Positions 46,001 through 55,970 of a stretch of DNA of 64,000 nucleotides are shown here, piece after piece (within the stretch, counting starts at the first letter, position 1; each line of letters begins with the position of its first letter). Location: assembly GCA_022566895.1 (NCBI GenBank), contig JADFIA010000004.1, positions 1,647 to 65,646 on the forward strand. The letters run 5' to 3'. This stretch comes from Pseudomonadota bacterium. GTDB lineage: Bacteria; Pseudomonadota; Alphaproteobacteria; Sphingomonadales; SMXR01. The translations under genes and the position numbers were made by a program. The notes below the pieces were generated by a model. The model searched no databases and was not told where the DNA came from. It was given only the letters and a program-made list of their open reading frames with translations.

Positions 46001-46517
46001 GCGGCGCGGCCTGCTTGTGCACAAGCTTCTCGAGCAGTTACCCAAGCTGGACACCGATGAACGTGAGCAAGCCTGCCACAATTATTTGTCCAAGCCGGCC
46101 TTCCGCCTCGCAGCGGACCAGATCGACGAGATTTGGGCCTCGCTTTCGAAGATTTTGACCGATCCGCGGTTTGGGCCGCTTTTTGGGCCGGGCAGCCGGG
46201 CTGAAGTGGCGATAGCAGCGACGGTTGGCGGGCGGGCGTTGTCAGGCCGTATCGACCGGCTGGTAGTGCGGGACGACGAGGTACTGATCGTCGATTTCAA
46301 ATCAAACCGCCTGCCGCCCGAGCGGCTCGAGGACGTGCCGCCGGCTTATCTTGCCCAATTGGCCGCCTACACCATGGTCATCGATCAGATTTACCCGGAT
46401 CGTCCGGTGCGGGCAGCGCTTTTGTGGACCAGCGTCGCGCAGCTGATGCCGGTGCCCAAGGAACTCCTAAGGCCGTATTTGGCGGCCCTCGAAAATGAAA
46501 CGGCAGCCGCTTCTTGA
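43065..46517 (+). CDS. addA: double-strand break repair helicase AddA
   Basis: UvrD-type motif I GASAGTGKTYVL. ILVDEAQDTNPEQW. C-terminal nuclease IVDFKSNR. Confidence 0.9.
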   Translation: MKRLTPDQAAATAPSHSIWVGASAGTGKTYVLTARVLRLMLTGTPAERILCLTFTKAAAAEMSTRIYAQLGEWTGLADQTLAASIWARANERADEQMLDRARGLFAEVLDLPGGLKVQTIHSFCQSLLGRFPAEANLSPRFQVMDERTTRELLEDALERVLAAAGDRGNKKISAALSRIAVQVSEQGFSDLMAAVAKERGHFRRLLKRLEGEEGVAAATLEALGLPADGDGLADQLTTEPAPDGAGLLALAQALADGSPAEQARAAAIGEFLAAEGGAERAARFGAHKAVFLTAKDEPRASVATKPTLKRQPALEQVIANETARLEAAVERLKLWQAARNSAAFTRLAAAVLEVYQQAKRRRGLVDYDDLILTTDRLLQRPGIAPWILYKLDGGIDHILVDEAQDTNPEQWRLLEELSREFFVGQGAREVERSLFAVGDAKQSIFGFQRADPAEFQRAARRVEERATAAGLTFRSLSLIQSFRSTAAVLETVDAVFALPEAHRDLTLEDQEIVHAVRRLGHSGRVELWPTEPPEAETEVEAWEPPLKQEPVRSSAARLANRMAKHIHRLITGKDELKARGRAVQPGDIMVLVRRRSEFVDHLVRALKALDIPVAGTDRMELTDQLAVMDLMVAAEFVLLPHDDLTLATVLKGPFIGLGEDDLFALAHGRSASGLWPTLVERRHERASFERAHAFLSGLLAEADRDAPFDFFSHLLNGLGGRRSLIAQLGFEINDPVDEFLNLTLAFERSHLVSLQAFLSWLRTGKAEIKRDMERGRDEVRVLTVHGAKGLQAPVVYLPDTCGLPPDQESLLRLPAPGLETSLPDLLIWPGRRANEVGVLKEARLRLRREANAEYRRLLYVALTRAQDRLYLSGYETRRGPQEGSWYSLLAAAFEGLEGKQKITDPVAGEVQRLENAQEVAAEDDGQTWKAELVLPELPQWASRSPAAEAGPLVPLAPSKLDFDASGVIGPGQGARGMAGRRGLLVHKLLEQLPKLDTDEREQACHNYLSKPAFRLAADQIDEIWASLSKILTDPRFGPLFGPGSRAEVAIAATVGGRALSGRIDRLVVRDDEVLIVDFKSNRLPPERLEDVPPAYLAQLAAYTMVIDQIYPDRPVRAALLWTSVAQLMPVPKELLRPYLAALENETAAAS

Positions 46518-46595
46518 CGATCGGCGGCGGCGTACCTAAGTTACAAAAACTCTCGGGCGACGACCCTTCCCGACGGCAAAGAAAGGCAGATTTGT

Positions 46596-46919
46596 ATGGC
46601 AACGCTTGAAGTGACAGACGACAGCTTTGAATCGGACGTACTTGGTGCGGAGGGTCCGGTCTTGGTGGACTTCTGGGCGCAATGGTGCGGCCCCTGCCTG
46701 CAGGTGGCGCCCTCGCTTGAGGAATTGTCGGACGAGATCGATGGTTTGACCATTGCCAAGCTCGATATCGACAGCAATCCGATGGCGCCGACGCGCTATG
46801 GCGTGCGTGGCATTCCGACCATGGTCCTGTTCAAGGACGGCGAGGCAATTGCGACCAAAGTTGGGGCTCTTCCAAAAGGGGCGATCGCCGATTGGCTGCA
46901 AAGCAATCTCGACCAATAG
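46596..46919 (+). CDS. trxA: thioredoxin
   Basis: FWAQWCGPC active site. 107 aa. Confidence 0.92.
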   Translation: MATLEVTDDSFESDVLGAEGPVLVDFWAQWCGPCLQVAPSLEELSDEIDGLTIAKLDIDSNPMAPTRYGVRGIPTMVLFKDGEAIATKVGALPKGAIADWLQSNLDQ

Positions 46920-46952
46920 AATTTCTTCGATGGCGACGATTGTTGTGGCCCG

Positions 46953-48278
46953 CTAGTTCGGTATAAGGCCGATTTCCTGCAGAACCGCGCCAGCCAGGTA
47001 AAGTGAACCGGTGATGATGACAAACGGCGGTCGCGCCGCGGTCGCCGTGCTGCCGATTATCTTGAGCGCCGAGCGGACATTTCTTGCCTCCTGCGCCTCA
47101 AGCCCATGGAACACAGCTGCGGCAACCAGATCGGAGGGTGGCTGCGTGCCTTCCTGATCCGGCACCGGCACAGCAAAGACGCCGGTTGCCAGGTCGGCAA
47201 ACGGCCTCAAGAAACCCTTGCGGTCCTTCCCCGTCATCATCGCGATAATCAGATAGAAATTCTGATCGCGCTCCTGTTCCCTGATCACGTAGCGCCTCAG
47301 CGCTTTGGCGGCGGCCGCGTTGTGCCCGCCGTCCAGGAAGACCCGGCTGCCCGCGGGAAGAGCGGCGGCAATGGGGGCGTCCGAAATGTCCTGCAGTCGG
47401 GCTGGCCAGCGCGCCCAGTCGAAACCAGCCCGGTAGGCAGCACTTGGAATGCGCAGTCGCCTTTGGTGCCGCAGCGTTGCAACCGCGATGCCGGCGTTCT
47501 GCTCCTGATGCTCACCGCGAAGCCGCGGTCGGGGCAGGTGCAGCTGGCCCCTTTTGTCGCTGTAGATCAGGCGATCGCTGCCCTTGTCTTCTTGTTCGAT
47601 CTTCCACTCGTGCCAACAGGAAAAATGCACCACCTTGGCCTCGGTCGCCTTGGCGATAATGATCCGCTTGGCCGGCACCGGCTGGGTGCCGATGATCACC
47701 GGCACCCCTGGTTTGATAATCCCCGCTTTCTCGGCCGCGATCTCGCCCAAGGTCTTTCCGAGAAAGGAAATATGGTCGAAATGTACCGGCGTGATTACGC
47801 TGACCAGCGGCTTTTCGACGAGGTTGGTGGCATCGAGCCTGCCGCCCAGACCAACTTCGAGAATGCAGGCGTCGGCGGGCCGTCGCGAGAAGGCCAGGAA
47901 GGCGGCGGCGGTCGTAATCTCGAAAAAGGAAATCGACTGACCGTTGTTCGCCGCTTCGCATTCCTCCAATATCTCGATAAGGGCATCGTTTTCAATCAGC
48001 CCTCCGGCCAGTCGGATACGCTCGTTAAAGCGCACCAGATGCGGTGATGTGTAGGCGTGAACCCGGTGGCCGGCGGCTTCAAGGATAGCCCTTAGGATGG
48101 CGCAAACCGAGCCTTTGCCGTTGGTCCCCGCGATGTGGAAGACAGGTGGCAGTTGGCGCTCCGGATTGCCCAGGGTCTTGAGCAGACGCTCAATGCGCTC
48201 CAGTGAAAGATCGATCCTTCTGGGATGCAGGGAGTACAGCCGCTCGAGTACCGCGTTGACCGCTATCTGGCTCACCAT
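46953..48278 (-). CDS. folC: bifunctional folylpolyglutamate synthase / dihydrofolate synthase
   Basis: HIAGTNGKGS P-loop and a Mur-ligase fold. Position next to accD. Confidence 0.88.
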   Translation of the reverse strand: MVSQIAVNAVLERLYSLHPRRIDLSLERIERLLKTLGNPERQLPPVFHIAGTNGKGSVCAILRAILEAAGHRVHAYTSPHLVRFNERIRLAGGLIENDALIEILEECEAANNGQSISFFEITTAAAFLAFSRRPADACILEVGLGGRLDATNLVEKPLVSVITPVHFDHISFLGKTLGEIAAEKAGIIKPGVPVIIGTQPVPAKRIIIAKATEAKVVHFSCWHEWKIEQEDKGSDRLIYSDKRGQLHLPRPRLRGEHQEQNAGIAVATLRHQRRLRIPSAAYRAGFDWARWPARLQDISDAPIAAALPAGSRVFLDGGHNAAAAKALRRYVIREQERDQNFYLIIAMMTGKDRKGFLRPFADLATGVFAVPVPDQEGTQPPSDLVAAAVFHGLEAQEARNVRSALKIIGSTATAARPPFVIITGSLYLAGAVLQEIGLIPN

Positions 48279-48302
48279 TTGGCCTGGTCCCGAAAAGAAT
48301 CC

Positions 48303-49193
48303 CTAACCCGCCGCGGCCCGGCGCTGGAATTGGTTGCCTTCGCCGTCATTGGTCAGCATCGCCATGAGCCGGATCAGGATATCGCGCAACTCACCGCGCG
48401 GGACCACCATATCGATCATGCCGTGTTCTAGAAGATATTCGGAACGCTGAAATCCCTCCGGCAGCTTTTCGCGGATCGTATCCTCGATGACCCGCGGCCC
48501 GGCAAACCCGATCAAGGCCCCCGGCTCGGCAATGTGAACGTCCCCGAGCATGCCGTAGGACGCGGTCACGCCGCCCGTCGTCGGGTCGGCAAGGACCACA
48601 AGATAGGGCAGCCCGGCGCTGCGCACCATATCAATCGCGACGGTGGTTTTCGGTAGCTGCATTAGCGACAGGATTCCCTCCTGCATGCGGGCCCCGCCGG
48701 CCGATGTGACGACGATCAACGGCGCTTTCAGCTCGACCGATTTCTTGGCCGCCGTCACCAGCGCATCGCCGACCGCCACCCCCATCGAACCGCCCATGAA
48801 GAAAAAGTTCTGCGCCGCCACCACAACACGGCTGCCGCCCATGGTGCCGACTGCGACCTTAATGGCGTCCGGGTCACCGGTTTTCTTGCGGGCGTCCTTA
48901 AGGCGCTCGGAATATTTCTTCTGGTCTTTAAAGCCCAGGGGATCGTCCTTGGTCTTCGGGAGATCGAGACAGTCGTACTGCGCCCCATCAAACAGCGAGC
49001 GGAAGCGCTCGTCCGGTTGGATGCGGTCGTGAAAACCGCAATTGGTGCAGACCGACAGATTGGCCTCGAACTCTTTGGCAAAAATCAGCTGTCCACAGCC
49101 CTTGCACTTGTGCCAAAGGTTATCCGGCGTTTCCTTTTTGCGCTGCAGAACCGCCTTGATTTTCGGTCGAACGTAATTGGTCAGCCAGTTCAT
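48303..49193 (-). CDS. accD: acetyl-CoA carboxylase carboxyltransferase beta subunit
   Basis: N-terminal zinc ribbon CKGCGQ...CTNCGFH and GGARMQEG. Confidence 0.92.
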   Translation of the reverse strand: MNWLTNYVRPKIKAVLQRKKETPDNLWHKCKGCGQLIFAKEFEANLSVCTNCGFHDRIQPDERFRSLFDGAQYDCLDLPKTKDDPLGFKDQKKYSERLKDARKKTGDPDAIKVAVGTMGGSRVVVAAQNFFFMGGSMGVAVGDALVTAAKKSVELKAPLIVVTSAGGARMQEGILSLMQLPKTTVAIDMVRSAGLPYLVVLADPTTGGVTASYGMLGDVHIAEPGALIGFAGPRVIEDTIREKLPEGFQRSEYLLEHGMIDMVVPRGELRDILIRLMAMLTNDGEGNQFQRRAAAG

Positions 49194-49257
49194 CGCTCAT
49201 CCCTCCGGGCCGGCCAAGTTTCGCCCCTTGGCCTGCTATCAGGGGCATTTCGCCCGC

Positions 49258-50088
49258 TCAAGAAAGGCGCACAGATTCAGCCAGTTGGCGCACAAAGTCC
49301 AGAACCTTTTTCGTCAGATCCGGCTTGGCGGCCCCCGCCCGGTCAAGATTAGCAGCGATTAGCTCGACGATCGCCGAGCCGACGACGACCGCATCGGCGT
49401 GCCTGGCTAAGGCCCTCACGTCGGCCGCAGTCTTGATGCCAAAGCCAACCGCAATCGGCAGGGATGAGGCTTCTTTCAGATCGCCAATGGCTCGCGAAAT
49501 ATTTGCCCCGGCCGGTACGGAATCGCCCGTAATGCCGGTCATCGAAATATAATAGAGAAATCCCTCAGCCCCATCCAGAACACAATCAAGGCGGTCCCCG
49601 AGGCTGGTCGGCGCGGCGAGACGGATCAGCCGCAGGCCGGCGCGCCTGGCCGGGTCCGCCAGTTCGGGCTCCTCTTCCGGAGGCAGATCGACGACGATCA
49701 GGCCGTCAACCCCGGCCGTGCTTGCGGCCTTGGCAAAGGCCTCGACACCAAAGGCCAGGATCGGATTGAAATAGCCCATCAGGACGACCGGGGTGGTGTC
49801 ATCCTGGCGGCGGAAGCCGGCGACCATCGACAGAGTCTTCTTTAACGTCATACCTGCTTTCAAGGCGCGCAAGGACGCTGCCTGAATGACCGGACCATCG
49901 GCCATCGGGTCGCTGAACGGCATGCCCAGTTCAATCAGATCGACACCGGCCGCCGGCAGAGCAGCGAGCAGGTCGCTGCCGGTCGCGGCATCCGGATCAC
50001 CGGCCGTAATAAAAGCGATCAGACCGGCCCGATCCTCATCTGCAAGTGCTGCAAATCGCTTTTCGATGCGCCCATCGGTGCGGCTCAT
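49258..50088 (-). CDS. trpA: tryptophan synthase alpha chain
   Basis: [17 protein letters not shown] motif. Its start overlaps the trpB stop. Confidence 0.92.
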   Translation of the reverse strand: MSRTDGRIEKRFAALADEDRAGLIAFITAGDPDAATGSDLLAALPAAGVDLIELGMPFSDPMADGPVIQAASLRALKAGMTLKKTLSMVAGFRRQDDTTPVVLMGYFNPILAFGVEAFAKAASTAGVDGLIVVDLPPEEEPELADPARRAGLRLIRLAAPTSLGDRLDCVLDGAEGFLYYISMTGITGDSVPAGANISRAIGDLKEASSLPIAVGFGIKTAADVRALARHADAVVVGSAIVELIAANLDRAGAAKPDLTKKVLDFVRQLAESVRLS

Positions 50089-51299
50089 ATGTCCATCCCC
50101 AGGGCTTCGGCGGCGGTGAAGATGTCCTTATCTCCACGCCCACACAGGTTCATGACCATCAGATGGTTGCGGGGTTTTTTGGGCGCCAGTTTGATGACGT
50201 AGGCCAGCGCATGGGCCGGCTCGAGAGCCGGGATGATCCCTTCCAGACGGCTGCACAATTGGAAAGCCTCGAGCGCCTCCTGATCGGTCGCCGAGACATA
50301 TTTAACCCGGCCGGTCTCGCTGAGCCAGGCGTGTTCAGGCCCGATACCCGGATAATCAAGGCCGGCCGAGATCGAGTGCGCCGCACGGATCTGGCCGTCT
50401 TCTGTCTGCAAAAGGTATGTCTTGTTGCCGTGTAGGACGCCGGGCCTGCCGGCGGCAATCGAAGCGGCGTGCTGCTCCGTATCAAGGCCCTTGCCGGCCG
50501 CCTCTACGGCGAACATCTCAACCCGCTGGTCGTCCAGAAACGCCGCGAACAGGCCGATAGCGTTCGAACCGCCGCCGATACAGGCAACCAGACTGTCAGG
50601 CCTCCGGCCTTCGGCTTGGTGAAGCTGTGCCTTGGTTTCGCGTCCGATCACGGACTGAAAATCGCGCACCATCTTAGGGTAGGGATGCGGCCCGGCCACG
50701 GTACCGATGATATAGAACGTATCCTCAACGTTGCGCACCCAGTCGCGAAGCGCCTCGTTCATGGCGTCCTTAAGGGTCTGCGAGCCCGAGGTGACGGCCT
50801 TGACTTCGGCCCCCAGAAGCTTCATCCGGAAAACGTTTGGCGCCTGGCGCTCGATATCGCGCTGGCCCATGAAAATCGTACACGGCAGGCCAAATCTCGC
50901 GGCCACGGTCGCGGTAGCAACGCCGTGCTGACCCGCCCCGGTCTCGGCGATGATCCGGCGGCGGCCCATACGCCGCGCCAAAAGGATTTGTCCGATGGCG
51001 TGGTTGATCTTGTGGGCGCCGGTGTGATTAAGCTCGTCGCGTTTGAGATATATCTTCGCGCCGCCCAGATGGCTGGTCAGCCGCTCGGCGAAATACAATG
51101 GACTGGGGCGGCCGACATAATGGCGCAGCAGCTGGTCAAACTCTTCATTGAACGCAGGATCCTGGCGGGCCTCCTCGTAGGCCCGCTCGACCTCCAGGAC
51201 AACCGGCATCAGGGTCTCGGCCACATAACGGCCGCCAAAGCGCCCGAAATGTCCGGCCGCATCCGGAAGATCGCCAAAATTGTCGCCCAAACTTGCCAT
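50085..51299 (-). CDS. trpB: tryptophan synthase beta chain
   Basis: [15 protein letters not shown] (PLP Lys) and GGGSNAIG. Confidence 0.95.
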   Translation of the reverse strand: MASLGDNFGDLPDAAGHFGRFGGRYVAETLMPVVLEVERAYEEARQDPAFNEEFDQLLRHYVGRPSPLYFAERLTSHLGGAKIYLKRDELNHTGAHKINHAIGQILLARRMGRRRIIAETGAGQHGVATATVAARFGLPCTIFMGQRDIERQAPNVFRMKLLGAEVKAVTSGSQTLKDAMNEALRDWVRNVEDTFYIIGTVAGPHPYPKMVRDFQSVIGRETKAQLHQAEGRRPDSLVACIGGGSNAIGLFAAFLDDQRVEMFAVEAAGKGLDTEQHAASIAAGRPGVLHGNKTYLLQTEDGQIRAAHSISAGLDYPGIGPEHAWLSETGRVKYVSATDQEALEAFQLCSRLEGIIPALEPAHALAYVIKLAPKKPRNHLMVMNLCGRGDKDIFTAAEALGMDI

Positions 51300-51323
51300 T
51301 GCGTCCCACTTTGCAGCCGCCGG

Positions 51324-51965
51324 CTATAATCCGCTGGCTTGGCTCAAAAACTCCCGGATCATCCGGCCGCTTTTCACCCCGGGCGATACCTCGACCCCCG
51401 AGGAGACGTCCACCATGCGGGCCCCGCTGTCACCTACGGCACGATTGAGATTGCCGGCCGTCAGGCCGCCCGATAGGAACCAGGGTGCTCCGAAACTCCG
51501 TCCTTCGAGCAGCCGCCAATCGAAGGGCACGGCGTTGCCGCCGGGGCGCCCGCTGTCGGCCGGCGGCCGGGCATCAAACAGAAGATAGTCGCAAATGCCT
51601 TCGAAGGCGGCGGTGGCCATCAGATCATCCTCTATTTCGACCGGCAAGGCCTTGATAATTGGCCGTCCGGTCATTTTCCTGATTTCCGCCGCACGCTGCG
51701 GAGATTCGGTCCCGTGGAGCTGTAAAAAATCCAAACCCGCCTGCTCACAGGCCTGGCGGATCAGATCATCGGCAGCATCGACGAAGACACCCACCTTGTT
51801 GACCTCCTTGGGCACAAAGCCGGCCAGATCTCCGGCCGCGCCGGGCGTCACCGCCCGCGGCGAGCCTGCAAAGAAAACAAAGCCGATATAGGCCGCACCG
51901 GCCTCGGCCGCCGCCCGTATCGAGGCCTGGTCTTTGAGGCCACATATTTTCACGTCCAATCCCAT
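51324..51965 (-). CDS. trpF: phosphoribosylanthranilate isomerase
   Basis: VKICGL...FLQLHG...LSGGL motifs. Start is placed at MGLDVKICG. Confidence 0.88.
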   Translation of the reverse strand: MGLDVKICGLKDQASIRAAAEAGAAYIGFVFFAGSPRAVTPGAAGDLAGFVPKEVNKVGVFVDAADDLIRQACEQAGLDFLQLHGTESPQRAAEIRKMTGRPIIKALPVEIEDDLMATAAFEGICDYLLFDARPPADSGRPGGNAVPFDWRLLEGRSFGAPWFLSGGLTAGNLNRAVGDSGARMVDVSSGVEVSPGVKSGRMIREFLSQASGL

Positions 51966-52027
51966 GACCCCTTCGCCTAGCGTCAATCGGCCCGATTTGC
52001 CCTACAAAATATCGTGAGCACCGACGA

Positions 52028-52744
52028 TCAGTTCGTCAGCTCACGATTGATTTCCAGAACCGCTTTGTGGGGATCCGGTGCTTTTGTGATGGGCCGGCCG
52101 ATGACCAGAAAATCCGCCCCGGCATCAACCGCTTGGCGCGGTGACAGGACCCGCTTCTGGTCGCCAAGTTCACTCCCCTCGGGTCGGATGCCCGGTACTA
52201 CCAGAGTAAAATTCTCGCCGCAGGATTGCCGCAACGTCGTGACCTCACGGGGTGAACAGACGACGCCGTCGAGTCCGGCGCGGCGGGCCAGCCCGGCCAG
52301 CCTTACGACCTGGTCTTCGGGTCCGCTCGGTACGCCGATCGCCTGAAGGTCGCCGGTATCGAGGCTGGTCAGCACGGTAACGCCAATGACCAGAGGCGGT
52401 TCGATTTTCGCTTCGTCGGCCGCCTTAACAGCCGCTTCCTTGGCGGCCCGCATCATCGCCTCGCCGCCCTGTGCATGGACCGTCAGCATGAAGGGCCGTA
52501 GCGCCACCAGAGACCGGACGGCGCCGGCCACCGTATGCGGAATATCGTGGAGTTTAAGGTCCAGAAATATCGGTGCCCCGCAAGCCGCGACGGCCAGATA
52601 ACCCTCGGGCCCGAGCCGGGCGAAGAACTCGAGGCCCAGCTTCAGGCCAGCGACCTCCCCTTTGAGACTTGCGGCTAACGCCGTGGCCGTCTCGAGATCT
52701 GGGGTATCGAGAGCGCAAAGAATCCGCTTGCGGTTAACGCTCAT
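52028..52744 (-). CDS. pyrF: orotidine 5'-phosphate decarboxylase
   Basis: ILCALD...FLDLKLHDIPHTV...VIGRPI motifs. Start is placed at MSVNRKR. Confidence 0.9.
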   Translation of the reverse strand: MSVNRKRILCALDTPDLETATALAASLKGEVAGLKLGLEFFARLGPEGYLAVAACGAPIFLDLKLHDIPHTVAGAVRSLVALRPFMLTVHAQGGEAMMRAAKEAAVKAADEAKIEPPLVIGVTVLTSLDTGDLQAIGVPSGPEDQVVRLAGLARRAGLDGVVCSPREVTTLRQSCGENFTLVVPGIRPEGSELGDQKRVLSPRQAVDAGADFLVIGRPITKAPDPHKAVLEINRELTN

Positions 52745-52781
52745 GAAGGTTCTCCGGTCGCAGGGTTCGGGGCCAGCAGCT

Positions 52782-53159
52782 TTAGGTGTTTGACATCTTG
52801 TTGGCAAGAGGACTTTGCGCCGCGACATCCTTTGCCGATTGATTGTCGGTCTTGGCGGCTTCTCCGAGCGGCTGCCCGCCTGCCTGTTCCTCATAAGCCG
52901 CCAGCTTACCCTCCAACGCGGTTTTTTGACGGGCTGCGCGATGGCGCTCGACGCCGCCCGCCGCCGAGCGCCAGAGCATGATCAGGCCGGCCATCAGAAA
53001 GCCCAGGAAAAGGCCTCCGAAAAAAACCAAATACAGAGGCAGTTCGGTCTCAAAGGCGAAAGGGAAAAAGATCACGCTCACAAGGCCACGATTGGAAACG
53101 CTGAAAATCACCAGCACCGCAACCAGAATCCAGAGGGGCAGGGCTTTTAGGTATTTCAT
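52782..53159 (-). CDS. LapA-domain (DUF1049) inner-membrane protein
   Basis: Two TM helices and a coiled tail. Conserved position between ihfB and pyrF. Confidence 0.65.
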   Translation of the reverse strand: MKYLKALPLWILVAVLVIFSVSNRGLVSVIFFPFAFETELPLYLVFFGGLFLGFLMAGLIMLWRSAAGGVERHRAARQKTALEGKLAAYEEQAGGQPLGEAAKTDNQSAKDVAAQSPLANKMSNT

Positions 53160-53231
53160 TTATTGAAAGTCCTTTTGCCCCCGGGTTGTCAAGCCGCGCC
53201 GGCCACCGGCTGCGGTTTGAGGCGGCCGGCC

Positions 53232-53528
53232 TCAGACCGCGTGAGGCTTTTTTCGATTGAGCCGCTCGCGCAAAGCCTTGCCGGTTTTGTAATAGGGGGC
53301 AAATTTCTCGCTCACGTGAACCTGTTCGCCTGTCCTCGGGTTGCGGCCAAGCCGGGCCGGGCGTCGCTTAACCGAAAATGCGCCGAAGCCGCGCAATTCC
53401 ACCCGCTCGTTTCTGGCCAGGGCAGCTGAAATTTCTTCGAACACGGTGCCGACGATGCGCTCAACATCCCGCTGATAAAGATGCGGGTTGGCTTCCACCA
53501 ATCGCGCGATGAGTTCAGATTTGATCAT
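53232..53528 (-). CDS. ihfB: integration host factor beta subunit
   Basis: [10 protein letters not shown]...[28 protein letters not shown]. Confidence 0.92.
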   Translation of the reverse strand: MIKSELIARLVEANPHLYQRDVERIVGTVFEEISAALARNERVELRGFGAFSVKRRPARLGRNPRTGEQVHVSEKFAPYYKTGKALRERLNRKKPHAV

Positions 53529-53823
53529 CCGTTCCGCCCCTTGTCCGCCGGCTTGTGCGACTCACTCTGCCAACGACGACGCCGGAGAGCGTGCCAACAG
53601 TCGAAGGCGCCGTCAAGGGTAAGTACCTCATTTTTCATGCTTTTTCCGGTTTTCGGTAGGTCAAAGTCCGGTTTTCGCCATCGAATCGGCCCGGGAACGT
53701 CTGGAAAATGAAGTGAAACGGACCCGTCGGCGTCATTTTCCGACCCGATTCGCAGCAAAGGCCCCACCGCAAAAAATCCGCTGGAGCCTTCATGCGAGGC
53801 GTCCGCCTCCATACGAGTCGAGA

Positions 53824-55818
53824 CTATTTTTTGGCCTCTGTCGCTGCCGAATCGGCCGCGTTTTCTTCTTTGTCTTCTTTGGCGGATTTCTTTTTGGTCG
53901 CCTTGGACTTTGGCGCAGCTTTCTTTTTCTTCGGCTTTTCCGGCTCGACGTCCTGGGCTTCCGGCTGTGGTTCCTCCACCGTCTTGCCTTGCTTGGCCGG
54001 CGGATCTTCTTCAAGCGGTTCGATTTTAGTTTTCTTTTTAGGTTTTGCTTTTGCCGCGATCTTCCGGGTCGCCTTCTTCGGCTCTTCGGTTGCCGCCCCG
54101 GATTCCTCGTCCTTGGCTTTCTCTTCGCGCTTGGCCTTGAGCACCGCGCCGAGGATATCGCCAAGGCTGGCTCCCGAATCGGTCGAGCCGTATTGGGCCA
54201 CAGCTGCTTTTTCTTCCGAGATTTCGAGCGCCTTGATCGACAGGTTAATGCGACGCGCCGTCTTGTCGACGCCCACCATCATGGCATCGACCTTGTCACC
54301 CACGGCAAACCGCTCGGGCCGTTGATCGGACCGGGCTCGCGACAAATCGCCACGGCGAATAAAGCTTTTGGTTCCGGTATCGCCGACGCTGACTTCAATG
54401 CCATTATTGTTAACCGCGGTGACCGTGCAGGTCACTACAGTGCCCTTTTTCTTAGCCGCCGAGGTGCCGAACGGATCGCTCTTCAGCTGCTTGACGCCGA
54501 GGCTGATGCGTTCCTTTTCCTTGTCAACATCGAGTACGGCAGCCTTGACGGTTTGGCCCTTCTTATAATCCGCCAGCGCCGCTTCGCCCGAGCGCTGCCA
54601 GTCCAGATCCGACAGATGGACCATGCCGTCAACATTGTGTTCGAGGCCGACAAAAAAGCCAAATTCGGTGACGTTCTTGATCTCGCCCTCGATCGTCGAG
54701 CCGACAGGATATTTGGCTTCGAACGCCTCCCAGGGGTTTTCTTCGCATTGTTTCAAGCCGAGGCTGATGCGGCGCTTTTCGCTGTTGACCTCAAGAACCA
54801 TGACGTCAACCACTTGCGAGGTCGAAACGATCTTGCCCGGGTGGATATTCTTCTTGGTCCAGGACATTTCCGAGATGTGCACCAAGCCTTCGACTCCCGG
54901 CTCAAGCTCAATAAAGGCTCCATAGTCGGCAATGTTGGTGACCGTCCCTTCGAGCTTCTCGCCGACCGGGTACCGCTCGTCAACGCCATCCCATGGATCC
55001 GCTTCCAGCTGCTTGATCCCGAGGCTTATCCTTTGACTTTCCGGGTTTATGCGGATGACCTGGACCTTGAGCGTATCTCCAACATTTAGAACATCGGAGG
55101 GATGATTGATTCTCCGCCACGACATATCGGTGACGTGCAAGAGTCCGTCGATCCCGCCAAGGTCGATAAAGGCACCATAGTTGGTGACATTCTTGACCAC
55201 TCCTTCGACCACCTGGCCTTCGACCAGATCCCGCATCAATTCGGCCCGCTGTTCGGCCCGGGCTTCTTCCATGACCGCCCGCCGCGAGACAACAATGTTG
55301 CCGCGCCGGCGATCCATCTTCAAAATCTGGAACGGTTGCGGGATGTTAAACAGAGGCGTGACGTCCCGAATCGGCCGTACGTCGACCTGGCTGCCCGGCA
55401 AAAAGGCCACCGCACCGGCCAGATCAACCGTAAAGCCACCTTTTACGCGTCCGAATATGGCACCTTCGACCCGCTCTTCGGCCTCGAAGGCTTTTTCCAG
55501 ATGCTCCCAGGCTTCCTCGCGGCGCGCCCGCTCACGGGACAAAATTGCCTCGCCGGCGGCATTCTCGATACGATCAATGAAAACCTCGACCTTCGAGCCG
55601 ACGGCAATCTCTTCGGGCTCCTGTTGGTGGCCAAATTCGCGCAGTGCGACACGGCCTTCGGCCTTCAGGCCAATATCGACAATGGCGTAATCCTTTTCAA
55701 TCGCCAGGATCGTGCCGGTGACGACTCGCCCTTCGAATCGCTTCACCTCGCCCATCGATTCTTCGAGCAGGACGCCGAACTCTTCACTTGTTGGGAATTC
55801 GATTTGGTCTTTAGGCAT
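53824..55818 (-). CDS. rpsA: 30S ribosomal protein S1 with a Lys-rich C-terminal extension of about 100 aa
   Basis: Six S1 repeats (e.g. GRVVTGTILAI, GQVVEGVVKNVTNYGAFIDLGG). Start is at MPKDQIEF. The tail is KAKREEKAKDEE...KPKKKKAAPKSKATKKKSAKEDKEE. Confidence 0.9.
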   Translation of the reverse strand: MPKDQIEFPTSEEFGVLLEESMGEVKRFEGRVVTGTILAIEKDYAIVDIGLKAEGRVALREFGHQQEPEEIAVGSKVEVFIDRIENAAGEAILSRERARREEAWEHLEKAFEAEERVEGAIFGRVKGGFTVDLAGAVAFLPGSQVDVRPIRDVTPLFNIPQPFQILKMDRRRGNIVVSRRAVMEEARAEQRAELMRDLVEGQVVEGVVKNVTNYGAFIDLGGIDGLLHVTDMSWRRINHPSDVLNVGDTLKVQVIRINPESQRISLGIKQLEADPWDGVDERYPVGEKLEGTVTNIADYGAFIELEPGVEGLVHISEMSWTKKNIHPGKIVSTSQVVDVMVLEVNSEKRRISLGLKQCEENPWEAFEAKYPVGSTIEGEIKNVTEFGFFVGLEHNVDGMVHLSDLDWQRSGEAALADYKKGQTVKAAVLDVDKEKERISLGVKQLKSDPFGTSAAKKKGTVVTCTVTAVNNNGIEVSVGDTGTKSFIRRGDLSRARSDQRPERFAVGDKVDAMMVGVDKTARRINLSIKALEISEEKAAVAQYGSTDSGASLGDILGAVLKAKREEKAKDEESGAATEEPKKATRKIAAKAKPKKKTKIEPLEEDPPAKQGKTVEEPQPEAQDVEPEKPKKKKAAPKSKATKKKSAKEDKEENAADSAATEAKK

Positions 55819-55970
55819 GGAGAACCTAGTCTCAATCGGCCAACCGGTTGTCTCCGGCGGTCTTCCCGAAACCCAAGCTGACACGTATTGCCTGCTTTCC
55901 AAAGGCTTCGGACACGAAAAGTGATTTTGAGGCCGATCCGACGCTAGAAGAACGCAGCCCCGATCCAATT

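Noticed and set aside
53525-53812. 95-aa minus-strand ORF between rpsA and ihfB (its stop overlaps the ihfB ATG)
   Set aside because: No ribosome-binding site or motif is present and the sequence is low-complexity. It is more likely the ihfB promoter/leader region.
53713-55089. 458-aa plus-strand ORF (and the 53790-54164 / 53792-54325 ORFs)
   Set aside because: These are antisense to rpsA. The Phe/Leu/Arg-rich translation is the mirror image of the Lys/Glu-rich S1 tail.
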